A stretch of DNA of 64,000 bases. Origin: a virus. Location: IMG/VR virus record IMGVR_UViG_3300021963_000027, positions 32,001 through 96,000 of that record; one strand, given 5' to 3'. Below, piece after piece: positions 41,795 through 51,881 of this stretch (its first letter is position 1; every line of letters starts with the position of its first letter). The position numbers were made by a program, and so were the translations under genes. The notes beneath the pieces were generated by a model. The model did not search any database. It was not told where the DNA came from and saw only the letters and a program-made list of their open reading frames with translations.

Positions 41795-42769
41795 ATGAGC
41801 ATTTTTGACGAGCAAGTTAGTAGAAAACCGAACAAATATCCATGGACAACACAATTTATTGAGGCTATGCATCAAGGATTTTGGACTGATAAGGAATTTA
41901 GTTTTAAAGCAGATTACCATCAATTCAAAACGATTTTGGATGATAAAGAACGAGAAATTATTGTCCGCACACTGTCGGCAATCGGACAGATTGAAGTAGC
42001 AGTGAAAACATTCTGGTCAAAGCTTGGGGAGAATCTTCCCCATCCATCTTTGTCTGATTTGGGATTTGTCATGGCAAATGTTGAAGTGATCCACAATAAT
42101 GCCTATGAGCGTCTTTTGGATGAACTCAACATGGAAGATATTTTTGAAGAAAACCTTAAACTTGAGTGGATTCAGGGTCGTGTCAAATATCTTAAAAAGT
42201 ATACGCATCGTTTTTATAAAGATTCCAAGAAACAATATCTTTATGCTTTGATTCTTTTCACTTTATTTGTCGAGAATGTTTCCCTGTTTAGCCAATTTTA
42301 TGTGATCAATTGGTTTGCTAAAAATAAAAATGTTCTCAAAGACACTGATCAACAAGTCCGTTATACACGGAATGAAGAAGCAATTCATGCAATGGTCGGT
42401 ATGAAAATTATCGATACAATTCGCGAAGAGCATCCAGAATTATTTGACAAAGAGCTAGAAGAGCGTATACTACACGAAGCAGAACAAGCTTTCATTGCTG
42501 AAAGTAAGATCATTGACTGGATGGTTAATGGTATTGAAGAAAAAGGTCTGTCAGCACCAATTTTGAAAGAATTTATCAAGAACAGAATAAATGAATCTTT
42601 GGTTGGAATTGGATTCCCTAAAGTATTTGAAATTGATACTGATCTTCTCGATGAGACATTTTGGTTCGATGAGCAAGTTCTCGCTCCAAACATGACAGAC
42701 TTTTTCCACTCAAGACCTGTTGAATACGCTAAAAACACACAATCTTACGACGAAGACGATTTATTTTAA
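41795..42769 (+). CDS. nrdB: Ribonucleotide reductase class Ia beta subunit
   Basis: EVIHNNAY, FVENVSLFSQF, RNEEAIH, TDFF. Confidence 0.95.
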   Translation: MSIFDEQVSRKPNKYPWTTQFIEAMHQGFWTDKEFSFKADYHQFKTILDDKEREIIVRTLSAIGQIEVAVKTFWSKLGENLPHPSLSDLGFVMANVEVIHNNAYERLLDELNMEDIFEENLKLEWIQGRVKYLKKYTHRFYKDSKKQYLYALILFTLFVENVSLFSQFYVINWFAKNKNVLKDTDQQVRYTRNEEAIHAMVGMKIIDTIREEHPELFDKELEERILHEAEQAFIAESKIIDWMVNGIEEKGLSAPILKEFIKNRINESLVGIGFPKVFEIDTDLLDETFWFDEQVLAPNMTDFFHSRPVEYAKNTQSYDEDDLF

Positions 42770-42772
42770 TAT

Positions 42773-44425
42773 ATGACAAGAGAAAAATACTACTGGTTAA
42801 ACGAGGATTCCATTAAATTCTTGGAACAAGGTTATCTCCGCGAGGGACAATCTCCATTTGAGAGAATTCAAGAAATTGCTAATACTGCACAAAAAATACT
42901 TGGTATTGACGGGTTCGCTGATAAATTTATTGATTACATGTCTCGTGGCTTTTATAGCCTTTCTACTCCTGTATGGATGAATTTTGGTAACGAAAGAGGC
43001 AATCCTATTTCTTGTTTCAATTCTCATATTGGTGATAGTGTTGAAGATTTCCTAATTAAACAAGCTGAAGTGGGAATGATGACTAAAGTTGGCGGTGGAA
43101 CGTCTGGATATTTTGGAGACATTCGCCCAAGAGGATCTAAAATTTCTACTGGTGGTGTTGCAGAGGGTTCAATCCGATGCATGGAACTATTTGATAATGT
43201 GGCTAAGATCATTAGCCAAGGGAGCGCACGTAGAGGCAGTTTTGCGGCATACTTGCCGATTGACCATGGAGACTTCGATGAGTTGATGAAGATTCGCTCT
43301 GAGGGGCATTCTATTCAAGAGATGTCTATTGGTGTCACAATTCCAGAAGGATGGATGCAATCCATGGTTGATGGTGATAAAGAGAAAAGACGCAGATGGG
43401 CTTCAGTAATTAAGAAGCGTTCTGAGACTGGTTATCCTTATGTGTTCTTCACTGATAATGCCAATAATCAAGCTCCACAGGTTTACAAAGATAAAAAATA
43501 TAAAATCAATGCAAGTAACCTTTGTTCAGAGATTTTTCTACCATCGACTAAAGACGAATCTTTTGTTTGTTGCCTTTCATCTTTGAATTTGCTGTGGTGG
43601 GATGAAATTGAAAAGACAGATGCTGTTGAAACAATGGTGATGTTTTTGGATGCCGTTATGACGGAATTCATTGAAAAAACAAAAGGCAATCGCTTGATGG
43701 AAGCTGCTCATAATTTCGCTAAGAATCATCGTGCATTGGGCATGGGTGTTTTGGGTTATCATAGCTATCTTCAATCTAAAATGATTGCATGGGAAAGTAT
43801 GGACGCTCATTTTGAGAATATCGACATCTTCCACAAAATCCGCTTACGTGCTGATGAAGCAACGAAAGAACTCGCTACGATGTTTGGTGAGCCTGAAGTA
43901 TTGAAAGGTTATGGTCGTCGTAATACAACGACTATCGCTATTGCTCCTACTACAAGCTCCAGCTTTATTCTTGGTCAAGTGAGTCCTAGTATTGAACCTC
44001 TTAACAGTAATTACTTCGTCAAGAATCTTGCCAAAGGTCAATTCACTTATCGCAATCCAAAACTCGAAGAATTATTGAAATCTAAAGGTAAAGATGATAA
44101 AGAAATTTGGAAGAGTATTTTGATTCATGGTGGTAGCGTTCAACATCTCGACTTCCTCACGGAACATGAAAAGGATGTTTTCAAAACATTTGCAGAACTT
44201 TCCCAGAAAGAAGTTGTAACCCATGCTGCTCAAAGACAACCACATATCGATCAAGGACAATCTCTCAATTTGATGATTCCTGCTGGCACAAAACCAAAAG
44301 AAATTAATGAGTTGATGATCTTCGCATGGGAGCAAGGAATCAAATCTTTGTATTACCAACGTTCATCAAATCCTTCACAGGAATTGTCTAGATCGATTAT
44401 GACATGTAAATCTTGCGAGGGTTAA
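42773..44425 (+). CDS. nrdA: Ribonucleotide reductase class Ia alpha subunit
   Basis: ISCF, SNLCSEI, RALGMGVLG, APTTSSS, IDQGQSLN, IKSLYY. Confidence 0.95.
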   Translation: MTREKYYWLNEDSIKFLEQGYLREGQSPFERIQEIANTAQKILGIDGFADKFIDYMSRGFYSLSTPVWMNFGNERGNPISCFNSHIGDSVEDFLIKQAEVGMMTKVGGGTSGYFGDIRPRGSKISTGGVAEGSIRCMELFDNVAKIISQGSARRGSFAAYLPIDHGDFDELMKIRSEGHSIQEMSIGVTIPEGWMQSMVDGDKEKRRRWASVIKKRSETGYPYVFFTDNANNQAPQVYKDKKYKINASNLCSEIFLPSTKDESFVCCLSSLNLLWWDEIEKTDAVETMVMFLDAVMTEFIEKTKGNRLMEAAHNFAKNHRALGMGVLGYHSYLQSKMIAWESMDAHFENIDIFHKIRLRADEATKELATMFGEPEVLKGYGRRNTTTIAIAPTTSSSFILGQVSPSIEPLNSNYFVKNLAKGQFTYRNPKLEELLKSKGKDDKEIWKSILIHGGSVQHLDFLTEHEKDVFKTFAELSQKEVVTHAAQRQPHIDQGQSLNLMIPAGTKPKEINELMIFAWEQGIKSLYYQRSSNPSQELSRSIMTCKSCEG

Positions 44426-46015
44426 TTAACCCTTGACAGGTGTTTTCTTCTCGTGTAATTGCGCATAGGACTGAGCAACAGTGTTATGCGCATTTATTTT
44501 ATTTTTATGAGCATCTTTACGAACGTCTTCGTTTGATTCCATGAGTTTAAGAGGAATATTATTGAAATGGTGACTATGTGGATAAGTCACGATCAAATCA
44601 TGAGTTGCTTTAGCATAGACTGGATAAAATTCTCCAGCGATGTTACATTCACCGATTACCAATTGTCTGTCTTGATCGATGGCAAATTTACCAAACACTA
44701 CTGTATTTTCAGTTTGCTGCACTTCTAATGGCGCAGTAACGTGTTGAAGGTATGTTTCACCCTCTACTGCCAGTCCACCCCCTACAATTAAATTATTTTT
44801 AATTCCCATGGAAGATTCGACATACACTTGTCTATTTGTCCGAAGAATGATTGTCTTGAGGGATTGTATCTCGACATTGCTCTCTGATCCGATATTAATC
44901 CCATGAGAAGCATTCAAATTAATTTGTTTGAAACCACCTCGTAAAACAGTTCCTCCCATTTCAAAAGAACCAGTGGTTTTCATAGAAATACCACCAGAAC
45001 CCACGATTCTATTGAAAGAATTTCCGACAATTACGTGATCCTTACCACAAGGAAAATTAGAAGAATTATCAACTTCTTCGACTAGAGGAACATAATCATG
45101 ATTTTTATAAATCCCTTTATCGGATACTAACATTTCAAATGGTTGACTTCTACCCTTTTCATCAATACGAACTGATGGGAAATCATTGAAGACTGCTCCA
45201 ATTGTTTCAAATTTATTTCTTTTGGTGATGAGATGTTCATCACCACCATCACCCATTTTTTCTTCAATCTTGGTTAATTGTTCCTGAGCATCTAAAAATT
45301 GTTTATCGATGTCCAATGCATCTTGATCTTTATCCCATTCACCATTTTCCGTTGCAGCAGATTTGGAAGCACCAAATTCTAAAACACCTGGAGCTTGAGA
45401 TCCAGCACCACCAGCACTTTTTTCAATATTTTCAAGAGTAATTGATTCTTCTTTGGCTGATTTTCCACTTCTCTCAGTAACAGGAACATACGTAGCCACT
45501 TCATCAAATTTTGATGTTCTATAAGGTGTTTTAGTATATCCTTTGAATTTATTTTCAACTACAAATACCTTGGAACCGATGACAGGGTTATCATCACGAC
45601 TTCCCGATGGTGAATTGGATACACCATTAGGCAATGATAAACCACCTCTTTTTATTTTAAATTTTGAATTGTTATCAGCAATAGGTTTAACCAAATCTTT
45701 CCACTCTTGGAATGCTTGAATTTCTGATTCATCTATAAATCCTTTGTAATTATAAACCGTGCCACCAACTCTTTCATTTTTTCCACCTACTACAAATTCA
45801 CTGGAATCTCCTTTTATAGTATCAAATTTATCATTCAATACTAAAGTTTGTTTATTATTTGTCGCAAATTCAGAATTCGATACATTGTTCAGTAGAATAT
45901 TACTACCTGATCTTTGAGAAATATGTAGAGATTCATTATCAGTTGTATTGTTGATAACAATCGCTCCACCTCTTTGGTTTAACACTGTGCGGTTTCTATA
46001 TTTCTTTTTAGACAT
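44426..46015 (-). CDS. Baseplate hub/spike gp5-like C-terminal (beta-helix) protein
   Basis: INNTTDNESLHISQRSGSNI, V/IGG repeats, C-terminal HSHHF; directly follows the gp5 OB gene. Confidence 0.65.
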   Translation of the reverse strand: MSKKKYRNRTVLNQRGGAIVINNTTDNESLHISQRSGSNILLNNVSNSEFATNNKQTLVLNDKFDTIKGDSSEFVVGGKNERVGGTVYNYKGFIDESEIQAFQEWKDLVKPIADNNSKFKIKRGGLSLPNGVSNSPSGSRDDNPVIGSKVFVVENKFKGYTKTPYRTSKFDEVATYVPVTERSGKSAKEESITLENIEKSAGGAGSQAPGVLEFGASKSAATENGEWDKDQDALDIDKQFLDAQEQLTKIEEKMGDGGDEHLITKRNKFETIGAVFNDFPSVRIDEKGRSQPFEMLVSDKGIYKNHDYVPLVEEVDNSSNFPCGKDHVIVGNSFNRIVGSGGISMKTTGSFEMGGTVLRGGFKQINLNASHGINIGSESNVEIQSLKTIILRTNRQVYVESSMGIKNNLIVGGGLAVEGETYLQHVTAPLEVQQTENTVVFGKFAIDQDRQLVIGECNIAGEFYPVYAKATHDLIVTYPHSHHFNNIPLKLMESNEDVRKDAHKNKINAHNTVAQSYAQLHEKKTPVKG

Positions 46016-46017
46016 AA

Positions 46018-46743
46018 TTAATTTTCAAAATCGGAAGGGTAGTAAGGGGAAATATTGGATTCGTTATCGGTTCTATTGATAAGTGTAAGGCTTCTATAAT
46101 CTTGAATAACTCCGAAATAAACGGGGAAATTCAAATCACCCATATAATGGAAAACCCATACTTTAGAACCAACTTCAGGAACGCCCATTAGTCCTTTTGT
46201 TTTATTACTAAATTTTTGTGATTTGTAACCAAATGAATATGTATTACACTTCACAGAGAATGCATCAATTGGTTTATTGAAAGCGTCTCCCATGATAGTA
46301 TCTTTGTTTTCATAGATAAATGCTGGTGAGAATGATCCTGTTTGTAATGTTGGGGGTTCTTCATCATTCACTCGAAACCCTTCTTCATAATTACAATCAG
46401 AAATAGTTGAAATACTATCTTCGTCATTTTGGTAATATCGAGCATTTCCCGATTCACCGATTATTGGATAACATGGTTCTGCCCATGGGATGGTATTGGC
46501 TATTTCTTTGAATATTGCAATGTCATTCCAATTATCAGTTGGATTATTAACACCTGCAATTTTAACATTAATCTCATCGTATTCTTCAAACCAATTATCA
46601 AAAGGTTGGTTGGATAATTCGGGAATGTAAATTTTTACTCTATTCAATTTCAAAGGGTCATCGTTCTTTACGACAATACCACTATAAAATGATTCATCAG
46701 TTCTTTTAGATTCTACACCAGAACCACTACCCCTATTAAACAT
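46018..46743 (-). CDS. Baseplate gp5/VgrG-like N-terminal OB-fold protein
   Basis: GIVVKNDDPLKLNRVKIYIP...PWAEP...VPEVGSKVWVF...GDLNFPVYFG. Confidence 0.8.
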   Translation of the reverse strand: MFNRGSGSGVESKRTDESFYSGIVVKNDDPLKLNRVKIYIPELSNQPFDNWFEEYDEINVKIAGVNNPTDNWNDIAIFKEIANTIPWAEPCYPIIGESGNARYYQNDEDSISTISDCNYEEGFRVNDEEPPTLQTGSFSPAFIYENKDTIMGDAFNKPIDAFSVKCNTYSFGYKSQKFSNKTKGLMGVPEVGSKVWVFHYMGDLNFPVYFGVIQDYRSLTLINRTDNESNISPYYPSDFEN

Positions 46744-46759
46744 ATTATTATTTAAGAGA

Positions 46760-46786
46760 AAAGCACACGAATCAACCGTGTGCTTT
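46760..46786 (-). terminator. Hairpin/terminator
   Basis: AAAGCACACG-AATCAAC-CGTGTGCTTT. Confidence 0.6.
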
Positions 46787-46818
46787 CATATATAAATAAA
46801 GAATAAGAGTGCTTATTA

Positions 46819-47271
46819 TTAATATCCTAGCAATCTCTTTCTACGAGTATCAGGAGTAGATACAGAGAATGTTTCAGAGAATGCTGATGTTGGAACAGTT
46901 GCAACAGAACTCAGGAATGGGAACACGGAATATGAACCATCAGTATTCACGATAGCCATTTGAGTATTGTGAAGCGATGCTGGAATATTGAACACTGAAC
47001 CAAGAACATTCACTGTAACACTTGGATAAGCGGTGAGGGAGAATGCAGATGCAGTATTAACAGTGGAACCTACTGAAAATTGAACAGGATCGAATGCTAG
47101 ACCCACATCAGTAGTGGATAGAGAAACTACGCCTACTTGTCTAGTGGCGACGACCACATTAGCACCAGATAGGAATGTAACACCTGTTGCAGAGAGTGTT
47201 GTGTTGGTAAGATTAGGACTACCAGTTTTTTCAGCGGACAGAAGGTTTTGTTGGAACGTAAAAATGCTCAT
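46819..47271 (-). CDS. Putative virion (capsid decoration-like) protein
   Basis: Ser/Thr/Val-rich, beta-rich; immediately downstream of gp23; late promoter. Confidence 0.6.
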   Translation of the reverse strand: MSIFTFQQNLLSAEKTGSPNLTNTTLSATGVTFLSGANVVVATRQVGVVSLSTTDVGLAFDPVQFSVGSTVNTASAFSLTAYPSVTVNVLGSVFNIPASLHNTQMAIVNTDGSYSVFPFLSSVATVPTSAFSETFSVSTPDTRRKRLLGY

Positions 47272-47344
47272 GTTATTATTTAGCAAAATTGATCAAATTT
47301 TAGAAATTACGAAAAAGATATTATGGATACATATAAAAACGAGG

Positions 47345-47374
47345 AAACCCGATGCTCTTCGGTGCATCGGGTTT
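47345..47374 (-). terminator. Terminator after the major capsid gene
   Basis: AAACCCGATGC-TCTTCGGT-GCATCGGGTTT. Confidence 0.75.
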
Positions 47375-47410
47375 CATAAATTTGATTAGCGTGTCTGCTA
47401 AGAGTTAGAC

Positions 47411-48898
47411 TTACAGGTAAGTGCTAACAGAACCAGGAGTAAACGCAGTACCAAGACCTTTGACAATGATCAGGTGATAATAAAGATTAGCACCGAAGAT
47501 ATTGTTTACGATACCATAACGGGTCATGAGTCCAACGCGAGGAGCGAAATCATTCGGTCCAATTGTGCGTTGCACCATAATCGGGATGTATGGGCAGTAA
47601 ATAATACCTGTGTCATAGTATTCAGAACCTTTGTAACCCAACAGAGCATACTCAACACCGCCACTGGTTTGACCAGTGTAGGGAGTGCCATAAAGGTTAG
47701 TGTTCTGAACTTCAGTCCGAGTATCACGATAAACCGTCCAGCGGCTACCAACCGTACCAACTTTAGCAATACCTACACCAGCCGTGGAAACAGTTCCATT
47801 AACTTCAAAAACTTTGAAGTCAGGAAGCATTTCAAGGATGCTGCAAACACGAGGAGTTGCGATAACAAAGTTAGCAGCACCTCTACGGTTACGAGCAGCC
47901 ATACGACCACTTTCGATAAGCAAACGTTGATAGAAGGTAAGGTTTCTTTCAGCAGTCCAACGACCATCCGCACTAACAGGACTCCAGATGGAGAAACCTG
48001 CGCCAGCACCAGCATTGAAAGCGGTTTGGATCATACGCATCACAACTTCACGGTCGATCTCAGCTTGGATCTCATACGACATTGCATTCGTAAGTTCTCC
48101 ATCGATATCGATACCGTTCATGTTTTTGATGTCTTGTTCCAACTCTACACTCCAACGAGTTGCAAGTCTACGTGTTCCAGCTTCAACAGCAGTTTTGTCA
48201 AACTTGAGTTCGATTTGAGGGATTTTACCCGTCAATTCGTAGTTGCTCAAGAGTTCAGCAATACCACGGTCTTGATCTGCGAATGTCCAGTGTTCGGTGT
48301 TACCCGAAAGGAATGCAGCAGATGTGCCAGTGAAACGTGTGTCCAGAAGTTGATAACCAAGTTCGTCGGAGGTATTAGAACCAATGGTTCCAAGACCAGC
48401 ACTACCAGTGTAAGCAGCTTTAAGCTGACTACCAAAGGAAGAACCAGTTCCGCCTTGAGAAGCGTATCCATCGATACCACCATCGCTCAGAGTATCACCT
48501 TGATAGGCATAACGGAGAGCGAAAGCAAGACCAACAGGTCCGCCCATAGGCTGAACGCCAACAATTTCGTTGGAAATCAATTCAGGGAAAGTGCGTCGAA
48601 TCATAGGAATCAGAATCTTTGGCAAACGAGCATCACCTGAAGCATAGGAGTCGCTGTTAGCGATACCTGGAACTCCAGTTGGTTGCAAAGTTGCACCAAA
48701 AACGCCGTTACTACCAGCGTTATTCGATTCTTGAAAGCACCACTGTTCTTGGTTCTCAAGCAGCATAGCGGTAGTCTTGTAAACGTGTTCGTTCTGGATA
48801 GCAGGAATCGAGTTCGAGCTATAGTCCAGCACTTTACGCCATTTAGCGACTGCGCGTTGCATTTTTGAGCCATTTAAATCAGTTTGTGGGATATTCAT
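47411..48898 (-). CDS. gp23: Major capsid protein (T4 gp23-like)
   Basis: LIPMIRRTFPELISNEIVGVQPMGGPVGLAFALR; WSVELEQD; EIQAEIDRE; YCPYIP; RVGLMTRYG. Confidence 0.97.
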   Translation of the reverse strand: MNIPQTDLNGSKMQRAVAKWRKVLDYSSNSIPAIQNEHVYKTTAMLLENQEQWCFQESNNAGSNGVFGATLQPTGVPGIANSDSYASGDARLPKILIPMIRRTFPELISNEIVGVQPMGGPVGLAFALRYAYQGDTLSDGGIDGYASQGGTGSSFGSQLKAAYTGSAGLGTIGSNTSDELGYQLLDTRFTGTSAAFLSGNTEHWTFADQDRGIAELLSNYELTGKIPQIELKFDKTAVEAGTRRLATRWSVELEQDIKNMNGIDIDGELTNAMSYEIQAEIDREVVMRMIQTAFNAGAGAGFSIWSPVSADGRWTAERNLTFYQRLLIESGRMAARNRRGAANFVIATPRVCSILEMLPDFKVFEVNGTVSTAGVGIAKVGTVGSRWTVYRDTRTEVQNTNLYGTPYTGQTSGGVEYALLGYKGSEYYDTGIIYCPYIPIMVQRTIGPNDFAPRVGLMTRYGIVNNIFGANLYYHLIIVKGLGTAFTPGSVSTYL

Positions 48899-48960
48899 AT
48901 ATATTTGACTTTCTATTCACATTTGTTCAGGAATTAATTCCTCATAGTGCGGGGTGGAAA

Positions 48961-49845
48961 TTATCTTCTGAATTCCATCGTTTGAAGGACACTCAGATAA
49001 GGATTATTTTCCTCTACATCATTACTTACCTTTTCCGTGATAATTTTTTGATTTTTCACGAAATCTGGCTTATGTTTACGATTTTGTAGAGCTTCTTCCT
49101 TGATTACTTCAAGTTGTTTCTTCTCTTGTTTTTCAAAAAGACGCACTGTGTAATCGAAATTTTCTTTGATAAAGGTAAGAGACTTGTCACCAAGAGCTTT
49201 CTTAATGAAGTTCTTTTTAGATTCAGGATACTTGGAAGTCTTACCTTCGAGGAAGAGTTTAACTTGTGTGTTATTTTTCTCTTCAGTGATAACTTTGAGA
49301 TTGCTCTTCAAAGAAGCGTTCTCATTACGAAGTTTATCCAATTCAGTTTTACCTTGTAGAATTGCATCGGAAACAGATTCTTTCATGACAGCAGAATCAA
49401 TTGCAAACACTCTGCGAAGATTTTCCAGAACACTCATGGCAGTTTTATTCTTAACTGCTTGCTCAATATCTTTAGCAGGAATGGATTCACTCAAAAATTC
49501 TTCCAAATAAGCACTAACAGATTCAGTGAGTTGTTTTTTGAATCTGATCAGATCACTTTGTTGTTCTCTTTCGTATTTCTTAACAACTTTAACCAATTTG
49601 GCAGTCTTATCTCTATCGAAAGCTTCCATCAATTTTTTCATTTTGATGGTGCGATCTTTATCGAGAGATTCCATAACTGATCCCAATTTAGCAGCATACA
49701 CTTCATCCTGTTCAACCAATGCAGCTTCAACTGCAAGATCTACTTTAGCTTCCAAAGCTTTTTGGATAGCATTAACGGATTCGTCGGAAAGACCGAGACT
49801 TTTTTGAACGTCTTCAGAGAAAAGATTCTGTTTGTTTTTCTTCAT
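48961..49845 (-). CDS. gp22: Prohead core scaffold protein (gp22-like)
   Basis: Coiled-coil; VSAYLEEF...AVKNKTAMSVLENLRRVF; position between gp21 and gp23. Confidence 0.8.
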   Translation of the reverse strand: MKKNKQNLFSEDVQKSLGLSDESVNAIQKALEAKVDLAVEAALVEQDEVYAAKLGSVMESLDKDRTIKMKKLMEAFDRDKTAKLVKVVKKYEREQQSDLIRFKKQLTESVSAYLEEFLSESIPAKDIEQAVKNKTAMSVLENLRRVFAIDSAVMKESVSDAILQGKTELDKLRNENASLKSNLKVITEEKNNTQVKLFLEGKTSKYPESKKNFIKKALGDKSLTFIKENFDYTVRLFEKQEKKQLEVIKEEALQNRKHKPDFVKNQKIITEKVSNDVEENNPYLSVLQTMEFRR

Positions 49846-49882
49846 AATATTATTTAGAGATTTGATATAACTTTTTTATGTT

Positions 49883-50326
49883 TTAGAACAAAGGTTTTTC
49901 AATTTCTTGAGAAATTTTCTCTTGAATCTTTTTATTGATGGTATCTTTCAAATATTTATGAGCTTTAGCATGGTCTTCAGTCATGATAGCTTCGATAAAT
50001 TTGATGATAGATGCTGACTCGTTGAGTTCTTTTTTAAGTGTTTTTTGGAGTCCTCCTTTTAATTTATTTTGTTTCGGAGGAGATAATTTTTTACCTTTAT
50101 TTTCTTCACGCATACGCTTCAGATCAGCTTTTTTTACTTCGCTTGTTTCATCTTTTTTAAATTCAGCATCTTCTTCAGGTGGCTTATTCTTACGATTATA
50201 AGAACCTTTACCTTTTTCGGCTTTATGCTTCTGTGTAGAAGGTGCGAAAGCTTTACGATCCTTCACTTTAGGACCATCTAAAGTAACCTTTCCTTCTTTT
50301 TTCATATCTTTAAATGTTTTACCCAT
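49883..50326 (-). CDS. Small prohead-core-like protein with an ArfA-like N-terminal motif
   Basis: KGKGSYNRK motif; C-terminal helical ...FIEAIMTEDHAKAHKYL; located in the head module. Confidence 0.55.
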   Translation of the reverse strand: MGKTFKDMKKEGKVTLDGPKVKDRKAFAPSTQKHKAEKGKGSYNRKNKPPEEDAEFKKDETSEVKKADLKRMREENKGKKLSPPKQNKLKGGLQKTLKKELNESASIIKFIEAIMTEDHAKAHKYLKDTINKKIQEKISQEIEKPLF

Positions 50327-50334
50327 ATTATTAT

Positions 50335-51000
50335 TTAGATACTATTGATAAATTTTATGATTTGTTGACGAAGATACGAATCAACATCACGCCTTGGAAG
50401 GGTCTTAATCGTTTGTTCAAAATTTTCATAGACTTCTTCAAAAGAACCGTCTTGCTCAATAACGAATGTTTTACTTTCCAGAATACCATTAACAAATGCT
50501 TTTGGATAAGATGGATCAGCAACAGCATCGATAGCTACCAAGTGCATGTTCTGAACCAAATTATAATCACGATTTTCCATCAATTGTCCCAATGCACGAG
50601 TGGACATACCAACTTTAACGCCATCATTGATAAGCGCACGGAGGATCTGACCAGTAGGTGTTGACAATACTTTTGCTTTACCAACAAAATAATCATTAAC
50701 TTCAGTCAATTCTGTGACCAAATGGCAAGCTCTTTCCAGATTAACATCAGCACTGGTGGGGTGATTCAACTCACCCATCGCTCTACCTGGAAGAACCATC
50801 TCGTTGATATATCTTTGAACTTCAGTTCTTGTATCATCAAGTTTATACATTCTTTTATTTTTATTCACGCTATTGCAACCAATGAATGGTCCTTTAACGT
50901 AAAGATTGGATGTGCTATTTCGATTGGATTGTTCTTCGATAACTTCAAAGTTATCAAACACATCAGGATTCTCTGCGATTAATTTAAGTTTCAACGCCAT
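50335..51000 (-). CDS. gp21: Prohead protease (gp21-like)
   Basis: NKNKRMY, AMGELNHP, LSTPTGQI, GMSTRALG, DAVADPS. Confidence 0.95.
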   Translation of the reverse strand: MALKLKLIAENPDVFDNFEVIEEQSNRNSTSNLYVKGPFIGCNSVNKNKRMYKLDDTRTEVQRYINEMVLPGRAMGELNHPTSADVNLERACHLVTELTEVNDYFVGKAKVLSTPTGQILRALINDGVKVGMSTRALGQLMENRDYNLVQNMHLVAIDAVADPSYPKAFVNGILESKTFVIEQDGSFEEVYENFEQTIKTLPRRDVDSYLRQQIIKFINSI

Positions 51001-51033
51001 AATATTATTTATGTTTAATGTTTGTAAATTCTA

Positions 51034-51498
51034 TCAATTTAATTCTTTTTCCGTAATAATAATAAAATCCATGCCATGCTTCTTCGCAAATTCTCTAGCA
51101 AACGACCATTTATCACAATTATTCTTCCATGTTACTTGCTCATAAAGCAGGTTAGATTTCTTTTTATTTTTAGTGGCTTTTGGTTCTTGGGTCTGTTTCC
51201 AAGGTTTAACCTCTATAAGATATTTTTTAATTTTATCACCTTCTTTTATTTTTACGTAAGCATCGATAAAATATTTACGATTTTTCTTTTGAACACTGTC
51301 AAAATAAGGAATAGCAACCTCTTCACTATTCCATTCCAGAACATTCGCATTATTATCAGCCCATCGAAATAATTTTAATTCTAAACCAGATCGATAAATT
51401 ATATTATCCAATTTGCCAATATATTTGGAAGGATTTTTGGGAGCATAAAATCCTTGATAAAATTTACTATTACGTTTTGATAAGCCGAGACTGCCCAT
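51034..51498 (-). CDS. gp4: Head completion nuclease (gp4-like)
   Basis: PKNPSKYIG, YRSGLE, WNSEEVAIPY, YFID, LIEVKP. Confidence 0.92.
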   Translation of the reverse strand: MGSLGLSKRNSKFYQGFYAPKNPSKYIGKLDNIIYRSGLELKLFRWADNNANVLEWNSEEVAIPYFDSVQKKNRKYFIDAYVKIKEGDKIKKYLIEVKPWKQTQEPKATKNKKKSNLLYEQVTWKNNCDKWSFAREFAKKHGMDFIIITEKELN

Positions 51499-51878
51499 TA
51501 CACTATATTAATAGGCTCTTCGACAATAACTTCTGGTTCTATTGTCGGTTTAGCAATTAGAGATAAAATCCCATCAATAATTTGAAATTCTCTTGTAGCA
51601 ACTGCAATCGCTGTGACTCCTTCGCTATTTGATCTATTCTTAATTTCATTTAATGCGGCAGCACTATATTCGTGATTAACGAACAATGGCATCAATTGAT
51701 CGTTGTCATATAGCTTTTGTAGAACTGCTGTCAATCTATCGTCAGGTAGACTCCAAAAAACTCGGTGTGAGTCATTAAGAGAATGTATAGCAGCATTGAC
51801 AGCATTCAAGAATGTGGTTGCTGATGCTTCTATACTGGCGATGTCAATATCTATTTGTTGTTTTGTTGTTAAGTTCAT
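51498..51878 (-). CDS. Hypothetical protein
   Basis: ORF coupled to both neighbours. Confidence 0.75.
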   Translation of the reverse strand: MNLTTKQQIDIDIASIEASATTFLNAVNAAIHSLNDSHRVFWSLPDDRLTAVLQKLYDNDQLMPLFVNHEYSAAALNEIKNRSNSEGVTAIAVATREFQIIDGILSLIAKPTIEPEVIVEEPINIV

Positions 51879-51881
51879 ATC

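Noticed and set aside
47474-48640. 388-aa + strand ORF
   Set aside because: It is the antisense shadow of the gp23 gene and has no recognisable motifs or start signal.
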